NCBI GenBank assembly: GCA_002269645.1
Contig: NIVC01003173.1
Location: forward strand, 1-64,000
Source of the DNA: Macrostomum lignano
Lineage: Eukaryota
Direction of reading: 5' to 3'
Length of the DNA: 64,000 nucleotides
Below are positions 34,551-47,213 of this stretch, in pieces (positions within the stretch are counted from its first letter, which is position 1; each line of letters begins with the position of its first letter). The notes below the pieces were generated by a model that saw only the letters and a list, made by a program, of their open reading frames with translations, had not been told where the DNA came from and did not search any database. The position numbers and the translations under genes were made by a program.

Positions 34551-35035
34551 CAAAAAGATTTGGTATGTCCTTGGAATTTCATAATTCTTTGGACTTGAGA
34601 ATCCTAGAATTTGTAGGATTTAATGTGAGATTCGGTGATTGTAGGCTGCAATTCACCGTGTAGGCGTAAGTTTGAAATGGCACACTTATCTTATGTTGTT
34701 GAAGTTTTGCATGCTTTTTTAATATATTTGCGCATAAAAGTACGTGTGAACTTTTATATGAAGCATTTATACACATTTACTTTCAACACTATGTATGTAC
34801 AATAGTATACTCGTACGCCTATACTAAGAATATATGCTATTTTTCTTATAAACATTTTCCTCTCTTAACTTTGTACTTTTTTGTCTTTTGGTTGAATTTC
34901 CCATTGTAAAATATACCGACCTTATCTGCAAAAGTGTAATTAAAACAAACTTAGCATTAAGCTGGAAATGCCTGTGAAATAGTTCTGCTCTGTTTTATGA
35001 TTTATTTTTTATCCTAATCTGCATAATGTTTTAGA

Positions 35036-35510
35036 GATGGATGAGATTTAGCTGATAGATATAGATGAGATTCAGCTGATAGATATAGATGAGATTCAGC
35101 TGATAGATATAGATGAGATTCAGCTGATAGATATGGATGAGATTCAGCTGATAGATATGGATGAGATTCAGCTGATAGATATGGATGAGATTCAGCTGAT
35201 AGATATAGATGAGATTCAGCTGATAGATATAGATGAGATTCAGCTGATAGATATGGATGAGATTCAGCTGATAGATATAGATGAGATTCAGCTGATAGAT
35301 ATGGATGAGATTCAGCTGATAGATATAGATGAGATTCAGCTGATAGATATAGATGAGATTCAGCTGATAGATATAGATGAGATTCAGCTGATAGATATAG
35401 ATGAGATTCAGCTGATAGATATAGATGAGATTCAGCTGATAGATATAGATGAGATTCAGCTAATAGATATAGATGAGATTCAGCCGATAGATATGGATAA
35501 GATTCAGCTG
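35036..35510. repeat. 24-bp minisatellite (gatgagattcagctgatagatata)n
   Basis: Direct; source of the DEIQLIDI pseudo-ORF. Confidence 0.97.
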
Positions 35511-35829
35511 TACATTAGATGTCGATTCTTTTTTTCTTGTGGGATTTCAATAACCTTACATATCATGGAAGCCATATTTTTTCTCGTCTCTAGTCCTTGA
35601 AGCCGGCCTAATGCAGATATTTTCTGTATTATCCTAAAGATATTTTCGACGTCACATGTTTTTGTGTTTTGCTAAATATTTGTAAGCTTTACTATCCGAA
35701 GGTATTTTCGGTTTAGACAAAAATTATCTTTTGTATTCGATTCCCTAACTTTATCAGCTTAGCTGTCATTATTTGTTCCCAATGCGATTCTATTTTTAGG
35801 TAGGAACAATAAACGACCGAATAACTAAA

Positions 35830-35864
35830 TATCTGACTGACTAACTAACTAACTAAATAAATAT

Positions 35865-35899
<35 letters not shown>

Positions 35900-36035
35900 G
35901 CTAACTAACTAACTAACTAACTAAATATCTGACTCACTAACTAACTAACTGACTGACTAACTAACTAACTAACTTACTTACTGACTTACTAACTAACTAA
36001 CTAAATATCTGACTCACTAACTAACTAACTAACTG

Positions 36036-36098
<63 letters not shown>

Positions 36099-36135
36099 GA
36101 CTGACTAACTAACTGACGAACTAACTAACCTAAAT
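35830..36135. repeat. (ACTA)n-type microsatellite with GACT variants
   Basis: Direct. Confidence 0.95.
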
Positions 36136-36332
36136 ATCTATCTGTTACCGACTGAATGACTGATTTGAATATAATTAAGGAGCCCTAAAAATGGGCATCA
36201 TTGCTACTGTTAGCACGCTACTGAAAGTCAATAGAATTTATTTTCCTTTTTTATATCATACACTTAGAATTACAGAGTGGAGAAGTCAATGCATGCACAT
36301 TTACCGTGAACTATTCAACAAAATGTCAGTTT

Positions 36333-37505
36333 CTATGGCAGCATTGCTGTACCATCCGACGCCAGGCAGCTGTTCGCCGCTCGCTTCCTTCTCCGCTGTT
36401 GACTCCTGTGCTGTCGGATCCCGTCGTAGTCGTCTGCGCTGCCGCAGTGCAGGAAGCGCGGCAGGCTTTGACCCAGTTGGCGCCTGAAGCCTTGGCCTGT
36501 TGCCAGGTAGATGACAAACTTCATAGCGTAATGACTGACAGCCAGACAGTCGACTATTCGGCTCACTGTCAGGTAGGTCAGGTAGGACCTGGCCACCGGC
36601 CACTGGCCATCGGTAATTTGATGCAGCGCGTCCGAGTCTGAAATGCCGCACGGAAGCTGCGGCGCCTCGGTGAGAATTGCCAGCCCGACAAACAATAGAA
36701 TCGTGACGGGTAGCACCGCGCCAATCTGATAGAAACTGACGGTTAGCAGAGTGGCCGTGGTAGCGGCGGATTTTCTCTGACCAGTACCGGCTGGTCGTTT
36801 CCGGATGACACGTCGAGCCTCGACTAGCACGAGAATGTTGAAGACTAGAATGGCTACTGGAGCCAGGGCGAAGAACAGCACCTCGGTGAGCTTGGACCAG
36901 CCGCTGTAGAACCGATGCTCGAACGTGCTCGGATCGAATATTCGCAAATCCTCCGAGCAAGTGGCTTCGACTGGATTGTACCGGTAAAAGTGCAGCTGCA
37001 CTAGGCCCAGTACTAGACAGGCAACGGTCATGCATGAGACAACGATAATAGCGCGTCGAACTGTGCAGAATTCTTTCCGGCTGAATGGATGACAGATGCC
37101 GATGTAGCGTTCGACAGTGAAACCGAGGGTTAGCAGGGGCGACAGGTACTGCAGCCACATGTTGTACACTGGGAATGCTCTGCACATGAGTGGATTGTAC
37201 ATTACCTTGATGTCGTAGTATAAATACAGGTGAAACGGCAGCTGCTGGCAGAGCAGGAACATCAGGTCTAGAATAGCCAGTGCGCAGAGGTAGACGCTTG
37301 AGGACGAGCGCATCGGCTTGCTGCTCCACACCAGCAAGCTCAGGAGCGAACCTGGCACGCCTAGGGCTATCCACATCGGAATGATGATTCGGGCAAAGGT
37401 GACAACACCCGGTAGAAATGCGCTGCACACTCCCAGGGTGCTGTTGTAGCGATCTTCGAGACTCTGCATACAGTCCGTGGCGTTTTCGCCGCTGTAAGTG
37501 TCCAT
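36333..37505 (-). CDS. Intronless class A peptide-type GPCR (FMRFamide/sex-peptide receptor-like), 390 aa
   Basis: 7 TM segments, TM1 GVPGSLLS, TM2 YLCALAILD, TM3 FTVERYIGICHP, ECL cysteines, TM7 HYAMKFVIY. First ATG at 37505, behind an acceptor-like cctgtcag. Confidence 0.9.
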   Translation of the reverse strand: MDTYSGENATDCMQSLEDRYNSTLGVCSAFLPGVVTFARIIIPMWIALGVPGSLLSLLVWSSKPMRSSSSVYLCALAILDLMFLLCQQLPFHLYLYYDIKVMYNPLMCRAFPVYNMWLQYLSPLLTLGFTVERYIGICHPFSRKEFCTVRRAIIVVSCMTVACLVLGLVQLHFYRYNPVEATCSEDLRIFDPSTFEHRFYSGWSKLTEVLFFALAPVAILVFNILVLVEARRVIRKRPAGTGQRKSAATTATLLTVSFYQIGAVLPVTILLFVGLAILTEAPQLPCGISDSDALHQITDGQWPVARSYLTYLTVSRIVDCLAVSHYAMKFVIYLATGQGFRRQLGQSLPRFLHCGSADDYDGIRQHRSQQRRRKRAANSCLASDGTAMLP

Positions 37506-38587
37506 TTCTTCCAAGCAGTCGAGCTGACAGGTTTATAATGTTGTTTGTTTCTATGCTTTCAATTTAGATTGAGTTCAGAGCTACCAGCTGTTATAACTCT
37601 GCCGTCTGTTCTACTGCGCGCAACAAAATAATCAGCGTTGCTTTTTTATTTAAATACGGTCAGTTCGTGCAGAAGTCGCTCGGCCAGCCAATGGCGGAAA
37701 AGTACTAAGGCCGGACAGAATTTCCAGCGCCTATCTTAGCCCCTGTTGTGGCCTGAGCAAGGTCTCTTATAATCGTTATCTAGCGGTCTTTTCTACCGCG
37801 CCGGTGAATGCTGTTGGTGGGTTTTATTAGTTTTGCTTGAACACCTGGCAAATTTTATTCTTGAACGCGCAGCTTTGCTTTGTCGCGTTTTTTAGTACAA
37901 TTCATGTAATTCAAACCCCATAGGGAAGGCTTTTTTAGTTGAACAGAATTTTGATCCTGACCGACACTAGGCTATTGGAAACTTTGGTTAAACATTCCTG
38001 CAGACCGACCTCCAGTGCTAAGTCGCTTAATTAATTCGTACCTAAGTTAAATACGATCTGCTCGTACGATTATTTACTCAGCCTAAAATAATTTAATGTC
38101 CGGATCAGCAATGCAGCCAGAAAGCAATCGTGGAACCATGCAGAGTCAGTCAAAACAGAAACAAAGTGCAAAGCAAATTATTTGCTATATTTGCTATGTT
38201 GACTTGCCAGAAAGTAAGAATGCAACTTCTTATAGTCGATTAATGTGCGAGTAGCTGTTTTAGTTGTTTTGGGATCGACTGGCAGAGCCACACCTTGTTT
38301 CAAATGACTTTAAATACCAATCAGATTTGATGTCTATGTCCGTAATAGTATGTGATTATCTTTTACTACTCATTCAAGGACTCCGAAAATAATTTTAACC
38401 CTCTTTTACCTGTATTTAAATGAAGTTTGGATTAAAAATAATAAGGAAAACCTGCGGAATTTGAGGTGTTCCGTCACAGAATTATTTGCATGCATGCTCG
38501 TATCTTCTGCTTTTTATTTTCTCTTGTCAAATACGAGCGTAGTAGTGTGTAGTGTGAAATACAAATCTCGAACAGTGTAAATAGTAA

Positions 38588-38736
38588 TATAGCATTTTTC
38601 AAGCCAATTGAGCCTAGGAGCAAGCAATTTAATCCTTAGGCCATAGACGATGAAAAGCAAGTCTTCAATAGCTTGATTTTCCCACTAAGGATTAAATTGC
38701 TTGCTCCTAGGATCAATTGGCTTGAGAAATGCTATA
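38588..38736. mobile_element. Foldback / MITE-like 150-bp inverted repeat
   Basis: About 52-bp arms (tatagcatttttcaagccaattgagcctaggagcaagcaatttaatccttag and its near-perfect reverse complement) around a 45-nt spacer. Confidence 0.8.
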
Positions 38737-38749
38737 GTATTCGTAGGAG

Positions 38750-38905
38750 ATCTGAGAGCACCCTGGACTCATGCACACGCTCACACAGGGTGTACAGGGG
38801 CCCTGACTTTCTAATAGTCAGACATGTACACTGTCCTGGGGGCCACTTATAGGTGTGAACAACCAGTCCGAGTCACGCGTTTACCGCTGTGACCGTTGTA
38901 CTCTG
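38750..38905 (-). mobile_element. tRNA-derived SINE, truncated copy 1
   Basis: Shares the cacacgctcacacagggtgtacag-hairpin-tgtacac core with the copies at 58.2-58.9 kb; minus-strand A-box-like ggtcacagcggtaaa. Confidence 0.7.
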
Positions 38906-40356
38906 TCTCTACATGCTGGTTACTTAAATTGTCGTGTCTTATGCATTGCGTCTGAATTTTGCAAAAGCCTTTTGAATGAAAAGAACCTGAGAAAACCTGT
39001 AGGAATAATACGCGTATGACTTCCAGTCCTGAATTTTGCGCTAAAACCCAATTTTATGCCCATATTTCGCTTCTGCAAAAATCACTCAAATGATCAGAAC
39101 TTTGGGTTGTCAGTTTTTTATAATCAAATTAAATCGAGCTTTTCATCTATTGTTGGTCTCAATAACTGCTAGCTATGGAATTTAACAAGGACTTAAGACT
39201 ACCATAGGCATCCTTGACATTAAACTAAACAGACGGTGCGCCAGCTGCTTTAGGGGTGTTAAGCACCATAAAAATGTCTGGAGCGCCCTTATCAGCTAGA
39301 ACTGAATTCCATTTCCGGGTGTGCGGCCATGCTGTGGGCCCCGGATAAATTATTGGTTAAAACTACTGACTACTAAATACAATTCTGTCAGTTGCTGCCG
39401 TCAGTATTTTCCTTGCAGCAAAACAAACTCTCTGGTTTGAGTTTAGTTTAAATAAAAAGATAAAAAAGTCTCAATCTCGCGTTTATTTCTTTTCGTCAAG
39501 CACAAAATCACGTCTGACATGTCACAGAAATTTGACTGCTTGTCTTGCCCAGTGTCTCAAACTAGCTCTACGAAAAGACACAGGGTTTGCCTTCTCCTTC
39601 TGTGAGTACCAGCTTGCCGTTGCAGGTAGTCAGCTTAAGCGATCGAGGCTTCTTATTTTTCTATTCATCATAGTGGCAATGCAAACAGCAACTTGTCAGT
39701 GTTTGGCACGCGTCTGTCCCTGGTCCATCTTTTCTATAGGCTTTATAGATAAAAATCTAATTATAAAGCGAGAGTTTGACTGTCTCAAGTGTAGATGGCT
39801 TTGAGTGTTCGAATGCTCGCATTTTTTATATCCTAGCTAATGCCCTACGTAATTCTATCTATGCATAGAAAAGCTACGTAGTATTTAGCTTTGATTTCTC
39901 TCCTTCCGAGGATAAGCTTTTTTTGCTTTTTGCACTACTGGCAGTAATAATTGTAAGATTTTTTAAGTATATCTTCAACATTTTGCAATATAAGAATGGG
40001 TATATTTTATTGTTTCTTCACGAATATAAAGAGAGACAACTTTTTGTTTATAAAAGTCGCAAGAGAAACACGATTATTCAACTCTTTGAAAAACCAAATT
40101 TCACATCATTCCGTTGCTTACTTATCACTAGAAAAAAGTTGGTGTTCATGTACATGATGGTGTACGAGTTAACTGTACATAGCGATCGAATGGCCGCAAT
40201 TAGGGTGCGGTCCCAGTAACTATTCGGCTCCATACTCCAATGAATTGACGTCACTAAAGATTGCCGTGATTCACCAATTAAAATCCCGACTTTACACCCG
40301 GATTTGCCCCTTATGTTGTTAGTCAAATTGAGTGCACCAAACAAGCAACACTCGAA

Positions 40357-41969
40357 TCAGTTTCTGCCTCCAGACGGAGCCAGCACGCAGTCGGCGGTAG
40401 CAAACGCCGATTTAGTCGAAGATTTCACCAGCTCAGATCGAGTCTTTATCTGCGCAGGCGCCTGTTGTCGCTTCAAGGCTTGGTCGCCACCGCCGCCGGC
40501 AGTCTTGTAGCTGAGCTTCCACAGTCTTGGCGGGCGCTTCTTCACCAGCTTTCCAAACAGGTCCGGCTGCATGTCAGCCGTGATCACCTCGGCGGAGTCC
40601 GGGTCCAGTTCGTCAACGGGAGCCGTTGGTTTCGACAGACGCGTCGGCGGGTATCGTTTGTAGCCCGGCGGCGGCTTGATTCGGCCGACAGCGTCCAGGG
40701 ACGGCCGACGAACTGACGACAAGCCGGCGAGTTGCGCCGCCGTTCGGGACTCAAAGCGGCGCATCTGGGCGAGCTGTCGGCTCCGTTTCTGCCGCCCAAC
40801 GACAGAGGATTCGAGATAGCTGCACAAAGTTGAGAGCAGTTTCTGTATGCGGCAGTGTCAGCTGTCGAAAATCGAAAATAATTTACCTGACTATCCCCCC
40901 TGGGGGGTGCACTGTCTAGTCCCCATATACTAAAATGGTTTCAGTTTTTTTAAACTGGAAATCATTCAATCTCGTATATGGTCCTCACTTATTGAACAAT
41001 TTTCCAAGTCGTTCAAAATTGCTAATCTTCCTGTTCACTTTCTCCATGCATACATCGATCAATGGCATGCAACAATAGTTTAACTGTAGAGAACTATATA
41101 GAGAATTTATTATAAAGAGCTATAATGTTCGTTCACACTGGCATCAAATACACAGAAGGAGTTTTTTCCCTTCTCACAAAGCCTGCATATCTCTTTTCGT
41201 CGCTTTGTACATAAGTCTCTGGCTGATGCACTTTTTAGTCTTAAGCTGTCTTAGTACTATCTATGAGTTTTATTATTGTATTAGTGTACCCTAGTGTGTC
41301 TTATTGTCTTCTTTTTTACTGTCTGTCGTTGCAGAAGGCCTTCTTGAGATTTCATTGAGCTTGCTAATGCATACGAGATATGGCCGTTGGTAGTGATCCG
41401 ACCATAAATTATCGTTAACCTTCTCAGCGAGGCTTCTTTGTCTATCAAAAGACACTTTGTGGTCTTAAATCTGCGTGCCTAACGCCATGCAGCACTTACT
41501 CGCCGAGCGAACTGACGCCCATGCGGCTTGGCGGTGGCACTCTGAACGGGTAGCACTCGGCAATGGCGGCGGTTCGACGGCCTCGTTCGGACCCGACACT
41601 CGACAGATCGAGTCCCAGATCGGTGCTGAAATTGCGCCAAACTCGAAAATCGTCGCACTCTATGCCTTCCCTTATGTCGCTGGTCTCCAGATCGTTGTCG
41701 AATGGCAGGTGACAGGCTTGCAGCCACAACTGCTTGTAAGCTTCGTCAGCGTTAGCGGATTTTCGGCACTGCTCGATCGAGCGATGCGTCGACCTGTTCA
41801 TCTGCTGATGTGAGCGCACTGATGCGGATGCAGGCGCATTACCGAATGCTCTTGGATGCTGTGGCGGCGGCGGTAGCGGAGCCAGGTAGCGACTGTTTGC
41901 ACCTTGACTGCGTTGGGGAAACATTGTCATCAACTGTTGGGAGTCGCTGCCATTTTGCCTGCTCTTCAT
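40357..41969 (-). CDS. TEX52: TEX52-like protein, 2 exons (41969-41500; 40819-40357), 310 aa
   Basis: GTAAGT donor and AG acceptor join in frame. AYKQL, FRVWRNFST, PFRVPPPSRMG and RRPSLDAVGRIKPPPGYKRY are colinear with recalled human TEX52 motifs AYHQL, SNVWRWLT, HPIPPPSWMG and [20 protein letters not shown]. Confidence 0.75.
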
Positions 41970-42446
41970 AATGACGCAGTCAGCTAAACAGAACAATAAA
42001 GCGTTTGCTTTTTTAACAGGTGAACTTGCGGCTTGCCTGAAGCGAGAAGTCGGAGCTGCAAGACGTTTTGAATGCGATACACAAACTGCCCTACCCTGCC
42101 CCCGCCACTGTACACTTCTATTCCATTTTCCAACTTCCTCAAAAAGAAGAATAATAGGCCTTAGTGATGGAGGGAGAGGAGGGAACATTGCTTACCCACC
42201 TCGTTAGCAACGTGGGTTCACTGCTTAAAATCACTCTCCGTCCCTCTACTCAAAACTCCCCATCACCTACATGTACTAAGCAACCGCACTGTTCATACCA
42301 TGCGCATTTCTATCCAGCGTTTTATGGTCGTTTATAGAACCTCCATGTACATTGAAGAAATCACCTGTTTGTTGTTATATCAATTGGCTAAAGTCTGAAA
42401 TGAATTTTGCCGTTTTTGGGTTAGCTTTCTTGCAAAACTTAGGCAT

Positions 42447-43269
<823 letters not shown>

Positions 43270-45365
43270 ATGAATACTGGACTCTACTGTATCATACGGC
43301 CCTCTATCCCAGCCCTCTAGATGTGTATGACCTAAAAGCTACCAGCCATTGGTCTCTAGCATCTCCTAGTTACTACTTTTTAGATGAGCAATTTATCGTC
43401 CAATTATAATCATACCTTTACGCTACGTCCCTACTTTTTCCTACCGTGTCTTTTAAGACCACTTCTGAGTTTCTACTATAAGTAGGATCCATCGCAAAAA
43501 TTTAATAATTGATTGTAAATTTGAAACTAAAAAATTCCTATTTGTCTACTTAGGGTAGAATTATTCAATTATGTGATTTAAGTCTATAAAAGTTAGACAA
43601 AACGGTTACTGCTTATGGGTGCCTCAGATTGAATTCCAAATCCATTTTAAAGGCAAATAGAGGATTTTAAAACTTTGCCAAACTTTGGAGTTGCGGCAGT
43701 GCTTTGAAAAGCTTTTTTATTCATATTCTTGCATAGGGAATCAAAAGTAGATACAACTAGTTTCATAGAGCAAGCATGCGAGTCATTATTATATTGAATA
43801 TCTATCAATAATAACTTTTGAGTAACATTCACCATTTACTGGTCGTCTTTAGCAAAGATATTTTAAACGGCACTGACACATGCGTATAAGCGACAGAAAT
43901 ACGGGCATTTATTTTGCTGGATATTTCTTTCACTGTGTATAACAAATTGAAATAAATCGATTCAAATGTAATCTATTTTCATTACGTAGTCGTTGACAAG
44001 CAGACGCAGACGATACACGATTCGTGCAATTTTTGTTAAACTGGCATGCTTTTAGGCGTTGTCGTCCATAACTGGAATTAGCTGTCTGGCGCCACCGCCA
44101 CCAGACGAACGAGACAAAAGAAAGAGTAAAACAAAAAGCTCACAACGAAACAAACGAGAACGAGGCTCTTGTTTTGAAGTTATTAATTCCTAGCTGTGCA
44201 TTCCAACTGGCGATCTGGGCATAAAAAAGCGGGACTGACCGGCGGACCGCAATCTATCTCTATCAATACAGGTCTTTCTGATCGAGCATTTTAGCCCCCC
44301 CCCCACAAACTTGCCTGCAGAACAGAGAGACCGGGTGTGGGGGAAATCACGCATCAGAGGGGAGTGGAGGTGATCGGGGCGAGGTCTCTCGGAGGGTCGG
44401 GAAAGTTTTTCTACTCTACTAGAAATGTGAAGCGTGATCACGCAAAAGTAAAAAAAAAGTGCATTACAAAATCGCAGCCCTTGGCGGTGTTTGCCCGATC
44501 TCCCCCGCTTCAATCATATATTATAACCGTCAAAACGCGTTGGAAGATAGCCAGTAGCCGCCCATAGGCGTGGGGATCAATTTTGTCTCTGCAACGATCC
44601 GACAGCCCTAATGCTTAGCGACATATCGCCGCTACGGCCAAGGCAACTAGAGGGCGAGGGCCTGTCATCGATAAGCCTCCACTGATCGCTAGTTTTCGCT
44701 GTAAAAGCGGTTTTAGGGAGTTGTTTTAGTAGCTAGCTCATAAGTGTATATAATAAAGTGCATGGCTACTTACGTGCGTAGTATTAAAATCATGATGAAT
44801 GTCCATGACTAAGAAGCGTACAATAATGCATTAATAAACATTACTGCAAAGATACAGTATTACAGTTACTACAGTAACAAAGATTACAGTCGTAACAAAG
44901 TTACTGTAGAGAACGTTTTTCAAAGCACGAAAATGTTCAGCCAATTAGTTTGTTTCATAAAGCATGTCTCAAAAATAAATTTAAACCGATCCTAACCATG
45001 AGCCACAACACTGACGGGCAAGATTATTGAAGAAGCAAAAAGCAATATTTAACTCTGCCACTCTACCGTTGTGTCTTTGTACAATGACAAGGTTATTTTG
45101 AGACGCCCTTTAACCAGAGTTTCAATTTGAAATTGGACAAAACGATAACTGAGTAACAGGGATGACGGTGCCAGTATTACGACCGTCTGAACTTCTGTAA
45201 CTAATAAAATTGATTATAACCAAACTTCAGTTTATAAGCTGCAGTGTCCTCAGCCCAGCCTGTCATTCAGAGCTTTATCATTGCGGCACAGATAAGAACT
45301 GTTTCAGTCACTCTAATTACCGCTTTGATTTGTTGAATTATAATTGGTTTGCCACCTGTACCTTG

Positions 45366-47213
45366 TCATAGCCGGGAGACATCCGCCCGACGGTGGCAGT
45401 TCATCGGAAGCTGGTCGCTGCCATCGCCGTCCGCATCGACGTCCATGTCATCCCCGTCAGATCCAGAATTAGCGGCCCTAAGGCGCATGGCATCGGCTGA
45501 CATGGATGTCGCAGCTGCGGCTGCTTGACTCTCCGCTGTCGCAGCCGCTGTTGTCACCGCCGCAGCGGCCGTGGCATTAGCGGAGTTCTCAGTGCTGTCG
45601 TTTCGCCTTGACGTCAGGTAGATATAGACAAACTCGACAATTTCAACGGCGACAGCGCAAGTGAGGCCGATGGTTAGGGAGCAGAGCCCGCCAATCTGAG
45701 ACATCAGGGCATTCAATGTCAGCACCTGCTTCTCCTCCTTTAAAATTAGGTTGTCGCCCTTTCGTTTCAGCAAAACGTACGCGAAACTCTTCGATTCCAA
45801 CATGCGATCGTTGGTCTGAGCAGTCGAAGTCAGGTTGTCTTCCTCTAGGTAGCGCAGTAGACGCTGCTTGACGTTGTCAAAATTCTTACGCCATCCCGGT
45901 GATCGAGAGTCTTCAGGCGTTGTCTCTCTTGCCTCGATTAGCTTCACCAGAGTTTCAATATCGTTCACGTACCTGCCTGACCAGTCTACCTGCCAGTCTG
46001 TGGCGCCCCACTCGGTCACAGAGATCTTCGTTTCGTATTCGAACAGCACGCAACGGGATAGGCAAGGCGGCTCAGGTCGACTCATGATTTCGCCGACGCA
46101 GCTAACACGGTCTATGAAGTCTTTGAAGGTTTTGTTGAAGGCCTCGCTGAAAGCAGCACAGTAGGCATTCTCCTTGGTGGGCACTCGGGGCCTGGGGTAG
46201 CCCGGCACGCCCAGGATGCAGTTGCAGTTCTCCATCACTAGTTGCTGCCTGTTGAGCTTGATGCACTCTTTTTGGGAGTAGTCAAAGTTCCGACCTAGAT
46301 CCATGTAGGACTCACCCTCGCCCTCGATGCACGGATTCACGGGCGTGTTGCTCCGGTTCCAGATAGTCGGTGTGTAGGCCAGTTCAGTCATTTTTCCCGC
46401 CTCAATGTTCATGCCTTGATGTTCGACATCTGGATAGCGGTTCGGTTCGTGGATTACCACGCGCAGACCCGCCGCCTGATCAAAGACGTCGTTTAGAAAG
46501 CCCTGCTGATGGTTGGCGTAGTCGGGCTTGGGTCCCAGGTCAACAGCCAGTCCAAGGGAGTAGGTTTCTAGAGAGGTTTTCTGTTCTCTTGGCTCTACGG
46601 TGTAGCAGTTTAGGTGCTTGGGATGCGAAAAAAGTTTTATATCGAAGCCGTGCTCGCTGAGGTCGCAGGGATCTTTGAAGAAGATAACGCCCATTTGGCG
46701 GACGATGCACTTTCGAATAACGCTCTGTGCGTGACTGAGCCTGATGATGCTCTCGTAAGGAATGTTCTGATAGTAAACCTCAACAGAGTCGTAGTACAGG
46801 GCATATTCTATGGGGTCCATGTTATCGTTGCTAATAGCTGAGAAATCGCCAGTCCTATTGATCGCTTTCAACGCGAGATCGCGCAGTAGTCGGTTGTAGC
46901 TTCTCGGCGACATCACCGATTTGTTGGACCACAACGGGAACGCGCTTCGTGAGAACGGCTGGTGCAGGCACACCGTTATAGCTGGAAACTTTGAATTGAA
47001 CTTCTGCTTGTCGGAAATATGCACTATGACGTCATAGTTGAGATAGCGATGGACAGAGAAGGACACGGAAACTATTAACGCCAGACTCATTCCAACGACA
47101 AATGCGAGCCACATTTTGCGTAGAAATTTTGATGACGAGCGAGCGATCTTTGGCATTCCTCGGATCGAGCTGCACTCGCAGAACAGCATGACGCCGTTCT
47201 TGCGCCGCTCCAT
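45366..47213 (-). CDS. DEG/ENaC (amiloride-sensitive channel family) subunit, coding region intronless, 615 aa
   Basis: Pre-TM1 SSIRG, TM1, FPAITVC, HPKHLNCYT, GLRVVIHEP, Cys-rich thumb, TM2 SQIGGLCSLTIGLTC...VEIVE. Confidence 0.95.
   Translation of the reverse strand: MERRKNGVMLFCECSSIRGMPKIARSSSKFLRKMWLAFVVGMSLALIVSVSFSVHRYLNYDVIVHISDKQKFNSKFPAITVCLHQPFSRSAFPLWSNKSVMSPRSYNRLLRDLALKAINRTGDFSAISNDNMDPIEYALYYDSVEVYYQNIPYESIIRLSHAQSVIRKCIVRQMGVIFFKDPCDLSEHGFDIKLFSHPKHLNCYTVEPREQKTSLETYSLGLAVDLGPKPDYANHQQGFLNDVFDQAAGLRVVIHEPNRYPDVEHQGMNIEAGKMTELAYTPTIWNRSNTPVNPCIEGEGESYMDLGRNFDYSQKECIKLNRQQLVMENCNCILGVPGYPRPRVPTKENAYCAAFSEAFNKTFKDFIDRVSCVGEIMSRPEPPCLSRCVLFEYETKISVTEWGATDWQVDWSGRYVNDIETLVKLIEARETTPEDSRSPGWRKNFDNVKQRLLRYLEEDNLTSTAQTNDRMLESKSFAYVLLKRKGDNLILKEEKQVLTLNALMSQIGGLCSLTIGLTCAVAVEIVEFVYIYLTSRRNDSTENSANATAAAAVTTAAATAESQAAAAATSMSADAMRLRAANSGSDGDDMDVDADGDGSDQLPMNCHRRADVSRL

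Noticed and set aside
35133-35600. DEIQLIDI repeat ORF (and the 52386-53025 ORFs)
   Set aside because: 24-bp and 33-bp tandem repeats, open in several frames by chance.
40887-40920. Helitron 3' end (cccccctgggggg hairpin then CTAGT)
   Set aside because: No room for an element body before the TEX52 exon and no matching 5' TC end.
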